From assembly GCF_018977255.1 (NCBI RefSeq), contig NW_024704742.1, positions 44,022,001 to 44,086,000 on the forward strand: a stretch of 64,000 bases of DNA. The letters are read 5' to 3'. Of this stretch, positions 50,534 through 64,000 are shown one piece after another. The DNA is from Callorhinchus milii. Taxonomy: Eukaryota. Under the pieces are notes generated by a model. It made no database searches. It was given only the letters and a program-made list of their open reading frames with translations, and was not told where the DNA came from. Within the stretch, counting starts at the first letter, position 1. Each line of letters starts with the position of its first letter. The translations under genes were made by a program, and so were the position numbers.

Positions 50534-52873
50534 TAGTATCTGCAAGGAACATTTTTGTATGCACCGCAAAGATCTCTTCACCGGCCATTTCTGGTTTATA
50601 CTTTGTGTTTATATGAAGTGTAGTTTTTTGGGAAAAAACAATTCATATAAACACATTTTTAAAGATATTTCCTTGAAAATATCTGAAGTCTTTGGTATAA
50701 AACTGGTTGATTTTAAACAAATGCTAAAAGAAGTGCTCTGATTAAACTAGCTAAATTTGTTTCATACTTTAAAATTTTCATTTATTATTGCATAATATAG
50801 GATGATCACAGGTATCTATGCTCATTTTTGGAATTTGGAATTTTTGGAATTCACTGAGATCCACAAATGAGGAGAAATAAAACCTCTACCATCCAAGTGT
50901 TCTTCAAAACCTATATATGTGCAGGTTTATCTCTTGTAATGGTGTTAATCGTTTGCAATATTACTACTGGAGCAGTGCCAAACGAGCTTAATCCACATTT
51001 ATACTGAACAAATAAATTAATAGGTTTTTAAATAAAACATATTTGTGGTTATGAATTTAAGATCATGTGCAGCTGTGCCTCAATGTTCTGTAATCAATAC
51101 AAAACCTTTGTTTCATTAACGGAGGCCAAGCTTTTCCAAACAGAACCTCCTGACTGTGGATCATTCTTTTAGTTACAGTTTTTGATTTGATATTCTGCCT
51201 CTTGTGTGGAAAAATTCAACTAAACAGTTTGCTATTATTTGCTGGGATAGGGTTTTGGGATCTTTCAGCAGGCTGCAAGAATGTGCAACTGAATAAAGTA
51301 TTTGTAGCTGAGTAGAATTTTTCCCAGGTCTGAGCAAGGATCAGTATTGCAACGTGTGTTGCAATTGTTTTTTTTGATACTCATTATTGTGCCTGTGGAT
51401 ATAGGAAAAAAAACAATCTTGTTTTGGTTAGTCATTTTGACAATGAAACAAATATCAGAGAGCTAGATGATCATTTGTAAAGTAGAATCTGTCCTGAATG
51501 CTGAAGATTGATGCTTGTAGAATGAGAAGTTCCTCTAGCATTGGAGTACAAAATTATAATTCATCTCGTACTCACCATTTATGAAGCAGAATCAATCTCA
51601 TTTAAAACCTGCTGAAAGGGTTAACCATAAGGTCATTCTCAATCTGGTTCTGATCATTTTGAGATTGGTTAAATTTCATTTTGAGCAAGACGTGTTAAAT
51701 GAAGCATTTACATAGAGGAAGATAGCCAAAAACGGCTATTCGTCCTAAGTAGTCTGTGCCAGTGTTTATACTACACACAAGCCCTTACCCCTCCTATTCC
51801 GCTAACCTACAGCCCTCTATTTCCTTCTCCCTCATATATGCATCTCTTAAATACATTGATGCTTATTTTTCAAAGCAAATATGTTCGGATAAAACTACAG
51901 GATTGGTCTTTAAAAAAGATGGGATGGGCCAGATACCTATATTTTGTGCTGTAAATATCTAAGATTTAGGTATGGTTAAGATTCATTTGTACCAGTTTTG
52001 GTCTGTTCACACATCATGTAAACTGTCACTAGCATAAGATTGGCCTAATTTGAAATGTAGATGGGAATTCAGTTTTTCACATCCATTCAAAGTCTTAATG
52101 TTCAGCTACTCTGTAAAGAATCTACAGCATTACATTATATACACACTTTTTACTTTTAGCCAAATACCGAGCGAAAAGTTTGCAAAATTCAGAATCTTTT
52201 CTTGAATTTAATCTTAAATTGCTTTTGGTTTTATGAATGTTGTAAACTTCTATTAATTGTCATCTATCCCATTTGGTAGTATCTTCATTTTCAGTAGTTT
52301 AGAAATGGAAAGTCATAGTATTTACTCGGACTACAACTATTTTACATGAGAATGTATTGTTTTCCAATAGTGAATAGTGCACTTTTGAAAATAATTTGGG
52401 GTACTTTAATGTGATTGAAAATAATATTCAGTGACTGGGGCCTATCTCAGTTAAGAGCATTTTGACATTTTGGTCCAACAGATCAAGGTTTTGGCCAAAA
52501 TGTTCAACATAAAAGGAAGGAAACTATTTCATACTATCATGGAATATAGGGGTAGTGCAAAGGGGAATGATAGGGGTGGAGGCTCCTGTGGAGTATAAAC
52601 ACTGGTGAGGGAGGGCCAGTTGAGCAGAATTGCCTATTTCCATGCATACCATTCTATGTAATCCTTTATTTTATATCCCTTTCAAAAGAAAATTGCAAGG
52701 AAAGCCTTTTTGAGAGTGCAAAACTTATCTATACTTTAATAATCATTGCAATTTATTAATTAGATAATTAGGAATGTGGGCTGGATTCTCTGAATGTGCA
52801 ACTAAACACTAAATTAAGCGCTCTGAGCAGCTACCCCACATGGAGGGGACTATATAAATGCAGGTAGTTGTAG

Positions 52874-53026
<153 letters not shown>

Positions 53027-55256
53027 TAGTGACATTTGAGTTCTTTTAGTCCATAGTTGAAACCAAAATATAGTGTGTGAGTGTTTCCCTCCTCCCCTCC
53101 TGAAGCCAGATAGTAAGCTGCAATGAATATGAACAAACTACTGTCCCCTGTCCTATTTGCTGTTCCTGGGTGGACCTGAACATTGACTGTCAGCCTATTT
53201 GACAATAGATAGTGGTGGGTGTTAAAGGCATAATTGTTGAATCCAATCTTGCAATCATCCATTGTGTACTTCCATTGGGAGCAGCTGACTATGAGGGAAT
53301 TTTAGGAATTCTACCTTTTAATCTGAGAGCTAAAGAATAGTTTAATACCTCAGAGTTCAGATTAGCTAATTCAGCACAGATCAGCTATCTGGGATTTTCC
53401 AGGTCAGTACTATATCATTGGAAGCATATCACTGACTACTGATTTATCTAATCAATAAAATGTAGGATTTGGGGAAATTTAGAAACAACAGTATCAAACT
53501 AATGCTGGTTAAATATTGCAATTTGTGTAAAGCGAAATTAATTTAAAAAACAGAAATGTACCCATGTCAACAGTTGAAATGCTGAGGTTAGCACAGTGCT
53601 TAAGTTTAAGAAAAAACCTATTCATTAATTTTATTTCTTCTTGCATGATGAATAATGATCCAAGTCAGCACATCAATATATGTTCTATACAATATTCTAT
53701 AATGTTATCCATCATGTGACACTCACCTTCATGCACTATGTGGATCAGAAATTGTTAGGAAGGTTTTAATTCAATTTGAATGTAGGTTTGGCACAGCAAT
53801 TGTGTTATATTGAGAGTTTTCTTGTTTATATTGCTGGCACTTCCACTGCAATACTTTTATTGCTTATTTGAAATTATACTTCAATGTGCATAATACATAG
53901 TAGACATTTGTAATCATTTTTCTTATCAGGAGAGGAAGTAGAACTCATGCAATTGTAAAGGGTTTTTGCTCTTTAACTGTTAAAGCCTTGGTTTAAACCT
54001 ATCGTAGACTGGCAAATCTCTTCTGACTGTAAGGTCTTAAGTGCAATGCGTTTGGATAGTCATATCTCATAATAATACAGCACTAATCGGCACTAATTCA
54101 GCAACCTTATTCAGAGAGGCCACAAGAATGAGTGATGTGAAAGATGGAAACCTTTACTCTTTTGTTGCTCTTCTGATGTTGGAGTTGCGCCACATTGTTG
54201 AAGTTGTGTAGCAGGAAATTTGCTCTGTATCCAACTCATTCATTCTGACCTGTTTGATGCACAATATCTTGATATGGATGCCAAAAAGTGGAAGTGTTCC
54301 ATTCCCTAGCACAGACGTTCCTGAGGTTAATAAGCACAAAAGTTCATCCAAAAATATTTACTTCTGATTGTGTTTTTAAAATATAAATCTGCCATCAATA
54401 TAGGTCAGGTGATTAGGGAGGGAAAGGAAGCACCAAGCAGGAAGACCAAGTTGGGTGGAGTAGAGGACATCCTATGATTCTAAATTGACACTGATATGAG
54501 GCATATGTCAGAGGTGGACCTGGTTTATGCCAATTCTTTGAAACTCTTGATTTGAACGTTTAAGACCAGAATGTAGAGGATTTATAGGATCCAGTATTTG
54601 GATTTATTCTTTTACAATGCACAATCATTATACGTTTCAAAAGGTTTACTAAAAGACACTTTATAAAACAACAAGGACAGGACATCGATGTTACTTGGAG
54701 TGCTCTGGAGGATATCCGCAAAATAGGAAACTCTCAAGATATATTGATTGAGAGAGCGAGAGATGAAGTAAATTAGTTCTACTAATAGACTACACATCTA
54801 TAACACCATGGCTGAAGATCTTGAGTTAAATACAGGTGGATCAACTGTATTGTTTGGGGATCAGGTTTCGGAGCTACAATTTTTCAGTGAAATTTGACAA
54901 ATCAGTTTCATTATAAAAATCAGGATTGTACTCGACAAACATAACTGTTTATTGCAAAGGCCATAAAATACTTTTTCCAGATCTCATTGTTAAGAACAAG
55001 AAATCCATGAAAAACTCCTGATCTGCAGATATGCTTGTTGCCACAATAATAGGCTTCCCTGTAGTATTGCTTAGCATTAGATTGCTTGAGGTTTGCAGTT
55101 TAATTGACATAGATCACCACTAATGTGTTTAAAATTCATTGATTTAAAATTCATCCCTGAGGAAGATAACATTTAATAACACATTTTATCATTGCTGTGA
55201 GACTTTTCTGATCTGCTCCTGGTTTAAGCAAGACAACAAAACTAATTTTTTTTTAG

Positions 55257-55592
<336 letters not shown>

Positions 55593-56179
55593 TAATGTTA
55601 TACACAACTTAACTGTATGTTATGTGGAATAACAATGGATTGCAGCTCAAGACAAATGGAGGGGAATGGATGTCTTCCAAATTTGACTATGGATTTTGAG
55701 ATCACAGGAAAACATGAGGAAAATGTACTGGGCACCTTTAGACAAAGTGCATATTTTCTGCAGTTATTCATACTTCCAACAACTACTTTGTAAAACTACA
55801 TTTATTTCTGCATCTGATGCTTTGCATATGAGTTGGCAATTCATAAGGCAACTATGTCTGGGAGAGTACAGGCAACAGAAATGGAGTGAATATTTTTGAT
55901 CTTGAATTTCTTGTGAACATTTTTGAAATACCAAATTTGACATTTAGCTGCAACGAGTCTTATATTCCTAACATGAATAGAGAGGGCTTTTTTTTTAACT
56001 ATTAGCAATTATGTTGCTTCAGTCATAATATTGTGGAGAATTAACATTCTGTTCACTCCCTTGATTTTCACCCCCAGCTCAGGTGCCCATCAGCTTTGTC
56101 AAGCACCTTGAGATGTCCTCCTGACTATATAAATGTAAATGTATTACATCTCGAAGTTGTAGATAATTTTTTGGGCATT

Positions 56180-56445
56180 GAACATAGGAACAGGAAAAGG
56201 CCATGCAGCCCCTCAAACTTGTTCCACCATTCTGTTGGATTATGGCTGATCTGTACCTTGACTCCATTAACCTGCCTTTTCTCTGTATCCTTTGATATCC
56301 TTACTTAACAAATATTTCCCAACCTCAGATTTGAATATTCCAGCTAATGCAGCATCCACAGCCTTTTGGGGTAGAGAATTCCAGATTTCTGGAACCGCTT
56401 GCATAAAAAAAAACCTTCTGGTTTCACTCCTAACTGGCCTTAGCC
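56180..56445 (-). mobile_element. CR1 3' end fragment
   Basis: AACATAGGAACAGG..AGGCCAT..AGCCCCTC and GGTAGAGAATTCCAGA, typical of an antisense chondrichthyan CR1 tail. Confidence 0.7.
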
Positions 56446-57339
56446 CTGCAAATGGGAACGCTTTCTAGTAAGTAAAATATGTCACACAGACCTAGATGCA
56501 ATCAACTTATATTTTGAGAGCAGAATTCCTGTAGATTGGTGGGAATTCTTACGGGATTCCTATTAAGGAATTCTATTAGAATTTTTGTATGTTAGATCAA
56601 TCTATCAATCATATTACTTTTCACACCTCCACTATCTTTCTAGCCGCCTTCAACTCGTGTTTATCCCAGTGTAATTTAGGTATGATTATCAAATTGAAGA
56701 GCTTAATTTAATTGAAGAGATTTTCCCATTATAGAACAGGTGATTGCGAAGCAGCATCATCAATTTGGCTTAGTTTTCTCTGAGTTGAAGGTGAACCATC
56801 TGGTATCCCATTGTGTCTACTTCTGCTTATTGTTGAAATACACCAAAATATCTTCATTTCATTATTATTGTCCTGCAACTACATTTCAACCTAATGCTCC
56901 TTTTCACGTTCAATTCCAATTTGTTTATCAGACCATGGTTATTAGGTTTCCAGCTTTAGTGCAGTCAAAGGTTTTCTAGCTGTTAAACTTAAATATTCAA
57001 GGAATAATCCCTAACCACCCCTCTACAAAAATGTTTTGACAAAGTAACTTAACAAATGGGAATATATGTGGGTGGCAAGAATTAAAATTGCATTAGATTT
57101 CTTTGCAGTGTTTCTTCCTGTGCATTCCATTCCAACACATGGGAATTTTCATGTGTAGGTGAGATGCATGAAACTCTTTGATTTGGATACTCTTAAGCAT
57201 GGTGATAGGTTTCTCCATGTGTCAGCCACGCAGCTGACCAAAACAAAAACAGATCAACTCCCACTATTTCTCGACACTCCCTTACAGATTAGGACTTCTG
57301 TTGTTAAATATAAGCAAATATATTCCAAATAGGTGTCCT

Positions 57340-57668
57340 TTTGGTTCAGTTGGTATCACTCTTGCCTCAGGATCAGCAGGTTGTGGTTCAAGCCTCATGT
57401 TGGCACTTGAGCCCACAGTGCCAGCAAACACGCCAGTGCAGCACTAGGGCATTGTTGAAGGTGCCATCTTTTGGTTAAGGATGTTAATTTGAGGTCCTGT
57501 CTGCCTTTTCTTCGGATGGGTATTAAAGATCCCATCAGACTATTTAAAAAATATAAGGGAGATTCTTCTGGTTTCCTTGACCCAACAGTTCTCCAGACTA
57601 ATTGATCATTCATGGCTATTTGTGGCACTTTGCTGACCCTCAATTTTTTGTGCATTTGCCAACAAAAA
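57340..57668 (+). mobile_element. SINE family A, 3' truncated
   Basis: Head and AAAGATCCCAT body. Confidence 0.75.
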
Positions 57669-57892
57669 ACAGGCCTCATATTTTGCCATAATTACGTTTT
57701 AAGTATATTTCTGCATCTCTGGATAAAAAAAATCATTTTTTTCTTCCTAAATGAAAACTTATTGCATCATAAATTTCTCTTGGTGTGGGCTCGGTGACAT
57801 TTTTTAAAATTTTGATTTAATTAAAATGTATGTGCTTTTAAACCTGAAAGTCTTTCACTACACAAAAGCAATCTAATAGCTCTTGAATCTAG

Positions 57893-58123
<231 letters not shown>

Positions 58124-58569
58124 TAATGGGATTTCATGTTGTTGACATTGTGGTGCTTAATTCCAAACATATTGACATTTCTAAACTGCTTTTCTCCTGT
58201 TTTACTCAAATCTCTACAGCATTTCCAAACTGTTAATGGCTCATCAGTTCGGTTAAAATGTAATCATATTTTTTTAATGTCTGTCTTATTGACTGCCTCG
58301 TTGAATATATAATACCTTCTTCCTTGTGTCTATTTTATTTGCCTGATCCTAACTACATCTGTCCTGAAAAGAGATGTTTCACTTCTGATAAAAGAGTCCG
58401 ACCCAAATTAATCTGTCTTTCAGATGTTTTTTTCCACCTGTATAGATGTAAGATTTTTAGCTAAAAATGTACAATTGAAAGATATGTGATGAGTCTTACA
58501 TAGAGATTACAAGATGTATTTCAGGGTTGTAATGCAAATGAGGCCTTTACATCATAAAGATCTTTGTAG

Positions 58570-58942
58570 GCCAGCCTGGCGGAGTGGTAATATTTCCACT
58601 AGAATCAGAAAGTTGTGGGTTCAAGCCTAAATGGGTTCATAGTCTAAACTGACACTCCAGTGCGGTGCTAGGTGTGTGTTGCATTCTCGGAGTGGCCATC
58701 CGTCTGCCTGTTCAGGTGAATGTTAAAGATCCCATGGCACTATTCGAAAAGAGAAGGAGTTTATGCCAGTGTCCTGGTTAACAAATCCCCCAAATAAAAT
58801 TGATCGCTCACTCCATGGCTGTTTGTGGGACATTGCTGTGTGCAACTGTCTGCCGTGCTTCGCCCACAAAATACACAGTCAATCCACTTTAGATTGTAAA
58901 GTGATGATGACATGACAAGGCGCTATATCGAATGCAAGGATA
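58570..58942 (+). mobile_element. SINE family A
   Basis: Head, AAAGATCCCATGGCACTATTCGAAAAGAG body and tail. Confidence 0.85.
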
Positions 58943-59735
58943 TAGATTTGTATATTAAATTTGTATATTTGTATATTAAACACACAATTCCCAGAAACTG
59001 TTTTTCATGTATTTAAACGAATGTAACTTGCACCTCATGATGCCCCTATTCTCTTTGTATGTAAATGCTAGCAACTTGCATGTGCAACTGTACAAGAGTC
59101 AATGACTTGTTGACAAAATTACATTTGAAAATTATAAATTTATTGTGTAATCTCTGCAAGTTCGAAATATTAATGCAATATCTTTGTTGTAACAGCTATG
59201 TCTACCCTGTTGTTGCATATGTCTTTGATTCATGTTGTATATAATTGGATAGTCACACATGTCTCTCTAGTGTAACATTTTGCGACTGGTGTGGTTCCCC
59301 CTGTTCATGAGGCACACATGGCTCAGTACAAATCTGGGCTCGAGAAAACCGGTTAAAGCTACAGGTGGATAGGAAATGCATTTGTAAAAGCATCTGTATT
59401 ATCTGTGAAAGCATCTGGATTATCTGTAGTATTTGTTGAAAAGAAACAAATCTGTTGTAACTCAGCAGCATTCACTATATTAGTTATGATTTTGGTAGCA
59501 TAGAGACATTTACTGTTGCAAATCAGTGTACATTTTAATGGCTTGCATTTGCAAATGGGTCAATTTATAGAATAATTTTACAGTATCACTGGAATAACTG
59601 GGTTGATATATTTTGTACTACTAAACATGCTCCGCTTGTATAAAATTCCATGGTGTCCTGGCAAGCCTGTAAGGATTTGTTTGAAAAATATGCTTATTTA
59701 TATTTGTTTCTGAGTAGTGTTCATTACTTCCCTAG

Positions 59736-59855
<120 letters not shown>

Positions 59856-60001
59856 TAAGAAATAACATAGTGGTCTTCTTTAGAATTCTAGACTGTTTGA
59901 TTCAAATTCACTTGTGATAATGAACAAAAATATTTTTTTATTTTCTCTCTTCTGAAATTGGTGACTCTCACTGAAGTTATTTATTATTATAGTTATTTTG
60001 T

Positions 60002-60253
60002 GGAGTCCTGTAGCTCAGTGGGTAGAGCACTAGCCTTGCAAGAGAGAGACCTGGGTTCGATTCCCGGCAGGGTGATACTTTGTGCAAGCTTCTTTACCCC
60101 ACAAGCCTGATAATAGTCCCTCAAGAAAAAAACAAGCAATAACAGTTTGGTCACTCAATCCACGACTGTTTGTGGGGCACTGCTGTGCGCAATTGGCTGC
60201 CGCGTTTCACCCACAAATATACAGTCAATTCACTTTACAGTATATTCTGTGAA
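60002..60253 (+). mobile_element. SINE family B, short form, tail missing, in intron 10
   Basis: A box TAGCTCAGTGG, B box GGTTCGATTCC. Confidence 0.85.
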
Positions 60254-60489
60254 TATACACAGCAGTATTTTGATAGGCAATTTATTTCAAAGAGATCAGT
60301 TGCATTGTTGAAGGAAGGTAATGCGCATCCTTGTTTGAGTTTTGGGGTGTTTATTTTATGTGAGTTTGATTTGAAAGGCAGCCTTCACTTCATTTGTATA
60401 CAACCCTGCTGGCTGATGTCATAAGCCTCAGTAAAAAAGTTTACATTGTATGCAGGCATTTACTAAATCCATATTTAACTTTTTTTTAA

Positions 60490-60810
<321 letters not shown>

Positions 60811-62500
60811 CTACTGAAGTGGTTTAAAGACAGTCACCAACTTTGGGAAAGGAGAAGACACAAAACTTTATAATTGCTACAAAAAAAACATTCTTGTGGT
60901 ATTCTGGAAGTCACCTCCTTGTTCAGATGATGGAAATGTCATTCAAGCATAATAATCTGCAGGAGGTGTTTACCACAGAAAGACAAAATCCACCGGAATA
61001 TGTATAAAACTTTATAAAAAGCTAAAATGAAAATCTATTTTTCCGCTGTTTAAAGTGTGGGCAAGATATAATGAATTTGGGTGGGATGGAGGTAAAGCAG
61101 ACTAGAGAATGCATAAAAAATAACATAGTTTCTATGGACCAAGAAACTTGTATAAGCTTTAGTGAAGGTACAGTTTCACCATACCTTTTTTGTATTATAC
61201 ATATAGTACACTTTTGTTACCAAATAGTTTATATTTTCTTCCTATGAGCAATGGGCTCTGAAGTATCAAGGTTCCAGGCCTTACCTTGCTGTATATTCTC
61301 AACACCCTACTATATGAGTAAAGACCTATATTTTGGTCACTGGCTGGAACTGTCCTAATTTTTTTAAAAAAAACTTGAGTCGTGTGACTTATCTATTGAA
61401 GGTGTTTTGAGAGGAGAACCTCATTTTTGTGATTATCTATCAGTTTATGTACCGTACTTCTAGGATGTCACAATATGAAAGCTTCACGACATGGAACGAA
61501 AATCACAATTACCAGTATCGTAATATTAGCATGAGAGTTACAGAACAAACCAGAATTTAGTCATGCTTCATAAACATGGTCTGTTACAAACGGAGGCATC
61601 TGATATCTAAATGTGTGGTTTATTTAAAGTTCTACAAAAGGCAAACTAGAAAACCATAACGAAGCTTAGGTCAACTCTGACCAATTGGAAGTTCATTTTA
61701 TTCCACAATTATTTTGGGTAGAATTGATGCATTTTCAAACTTTCATCTGAATATTGGGCAGTCTCTTAAATTCCAGTTTGCCACTATAAAGAGTTAGTGT
61801 ATTCTCCTGGGTTGTTGCATATTGATAAATGTTATGAAAAATGTCCATGTACTTAATTTTGTGTCTGTTGAGTTACTGTGTTTTTATGTTTTATACTTCT
61901 ATCTAGAAGCGGCTTGAGAATTGCTCTTGTGGTCCTTCTTGTTGAACATTGTAAACTTCTGTCCAGTAAGAGTCTATAGTAACAGTGGGCAGAACTTTGT
62001 TTGAAACTAAGGGGACCTAATTCATTGTCCATTCTCTGGCTCTCTCTAATTAGTAGTTTTAAATCACATAAAACTAATTATTGACAAATATGACACTATT
62101 GGTAAACATCTGTATGTGCCTTTATAACATTTAGCATTCTGTAACCATTCAGTCGACTCTGATGACCATTTTATTACATGTTATACTCTTTAATTAACTT
62201 GCAGTACATTTATAAGAATTCCGAAAGGTTCACTTTCCTTTTTGATTTCTCAGGATTACCATGTTGCCAGATAATAGCTGCATTTATTACGATATGTTAA
62301 TCAAAATTGTGATCATCTTTCATATCCTGATATTAATGCGTTGTAATATTGGAACATCCCTATGTACTTCAGAAAAGAAAATATCAAAAGCTTTAAGTGA
62401 CTTCTGCCCTGTCTGCATTGCATACATCAGAACAGACATGTTAAATATAGCTTTATTTTTTCAATCATTTTCAATAAAAACAGTATTTAGTAGTTACTGA
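60811..62500 (+). other. RBPJ: Probable RBPJ 3' UTR
   Basis: AT-rich, with no recognisable SINE/LINE from the stop codon to ~63135; the end is inferred from the AATAAA at 62473. Confidence 0.6.
62473..62478 (+). terminator. Candidate polyadenylation signal AATAAA
   Basis: AATAAA ~1.66 kb after the stop codon; cleavage site not provable from DNA. Confidence 0.45.
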
Positions 62501-63137
62501 TATGACTAAAAACGGAAGGTTTCTGGATGCACTAACATCTGATAAATGAGGTTCAGCTATTAACTGAATTTGGGAGTGTGGCCATAAAGTATTGAGTTTA
62601 TTGTGTTATTTTTCACACAAAGCACTGCTTTTATATGTGGAAACGTATTCCCAGCATTTTATATTTACAGTACTTCCACCTACATATACTTTGTTTCTTT
62701 TTGACATTTTGATTGCTACAGTGATTTATTTTTTGAAAGTGATAAATGGTGTGTATGCCCTTTAAAGTGTAATTTGTTCTTTGGAAATGGTGCCTAACAG
62801 ACTGAATGCCACATATCATTGGTTACACCTAATAGCTGGCAAAGCTACTGGTATTATTTATTTTGTAAAAAGAATTTGATTTCAGTATTTGTGTACTTCA
62901 CAGGTCATGATATTTGCCTTTTTTCAAAAATCTAAGGTTGAAACTTCAAAGAAACACAGAAGATCTTTTAATCAATGAACAGGAGCCCTATTTTGAAAGT
63001 TGTTCTTCACTTAGATTTGAATTAATGGGGTTTTGAAAAAAATATTTCCATAGACATTACAGTATTAGCATCTTAATGGGAACACCACTCAAACAAGCAA
63101 ACCATTCCCTCTAAGAATTAAAAGAGTGGGGAACTAA

Positions 63138-63395
63138 AATAATCCTTGCATTTCACTTCAAGAGGATATCTCAAAAGCTCTTTACAGGATTTACTGTTAA
63201 GTGTAGTGACTATATTTGATAAGCAATCATGGTAGCCAATTTGCACACAGCGATGTCTCACAAACAATCATTAAGTAAATAGCCAATTTTATCTGAGAGG
63301 TTGTTGGGAAGAGCTCTTTTTGAACAGTGCCATGGCATCTCTAATTCCACCTGAGCATGGTTTAATATCTCAGCTGAAGGTGGAGTTCTTGAGCA
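63138..63395 (-). mobile_element. SINE family A fragment
   Basis: ATAATCCTTGCATTT tail; GCCAATTTGCACACAGC; GTGCCATGG. Confidence 0.7.
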
Positions 63396-64000
63396 GAGGT
63401 AGAATGGTGGGGTAGACAGGGCAGGAGATATCTGCTTATAGCAAAATGTTTTTGCAGATTCCCAGGTTTGTATAATGATCAATTTTCTAAATGTAACAAT
63501 TCGGTGTATTGATTGCAGCCTCCTTAATTAATATTTAGGAACAAAAGAATGCCTCCAAAATCTCAATAAGATGTTGATCAGTACTGGGCCTACTTGCAGC
63601 CAAGTTCCATCTCCATAGCTGTCACCTAAGGGAGGCGCTGAACGAACTCTGATGTCTAAAATGTTTGGCTTGAAGGAGTTCTTGTACTGTAGCATTAAAC
63701 ATTTACTCTAATTTTTTTTGTCTTGGAAGAAATTATAACAGTAACTTGGGAAGCGGAATACCCTTCCGTGTTTTGTGGTAGAGACAAGCGAGTCCATTGT
63801 GGCTTTCAAGAGGGAAGGGGTATAAGAAAGAGGGGCTTGAGGGATGTTAGGACAGGGTAGTGGGATTAATTGATCTTGCTTAGTGAGCAGGTATGGAGTC
63901 TGGACTAAATGTGGTCCTCCTGTGCGGTAGCTTTAGGATAGTAGTAGAGTAAGCAGAGTAGCAAGGATATGGAATGCTTTGCTGGGAGTGGTGATTGAGG

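Noticed and set aside
58380..58430. Hammerhead ribozyme-like remnant (CTGATAAAAGAGTCCGACCC); also CTGATGA near 47289
   Set aside because: The core is incomplete (no properly placed GAAA and stems); at most a decayed repeat.

Overview
Vertebrate genomic DNA containing one complete protein-coding gene on the + strand: RBPJ (CSL/Su(H), the Notch transcription effector). It has 11 coding exons (4176-4195, 30024-30062, 31723-31818, 38376-38541, 49218-49392, 50394-50531, 52911-53023, 55446-55586, 57950-58105, 59736-59839, 60495-60810). All introns are GT-AG and the exons join into a 1464-nt ORF (487 aa, MAPVVTG...TVVS). The repeat content (two tRNA-derived SINE families with an L2-type tail, many L2 and CR1 fragments, one hAT-like element) suggests a cartilaginous fish, possibly a chimaera; this is an inference. 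I see no new protein-coding or prokaryote-type system, and nearly all other ORFs are low-complexity or transposon artefacts. The notable structure is non-coding: three templated-insertion (template-switch) scars in intron 1, two forming perfect 33-bp and 25-bp hairpins; a triple-nested retroelement; a modular SINE/LINE tail-sharing system; a 10 x 44-bp minisatellite abutting a CCAAT/GC-box cluster in intron 4; inverted SINEs bracketing two frame-symmetric exons; and strong G/C strand-skew reversal around the promoter. Repeat family names are from memory of the families, not from database searches.
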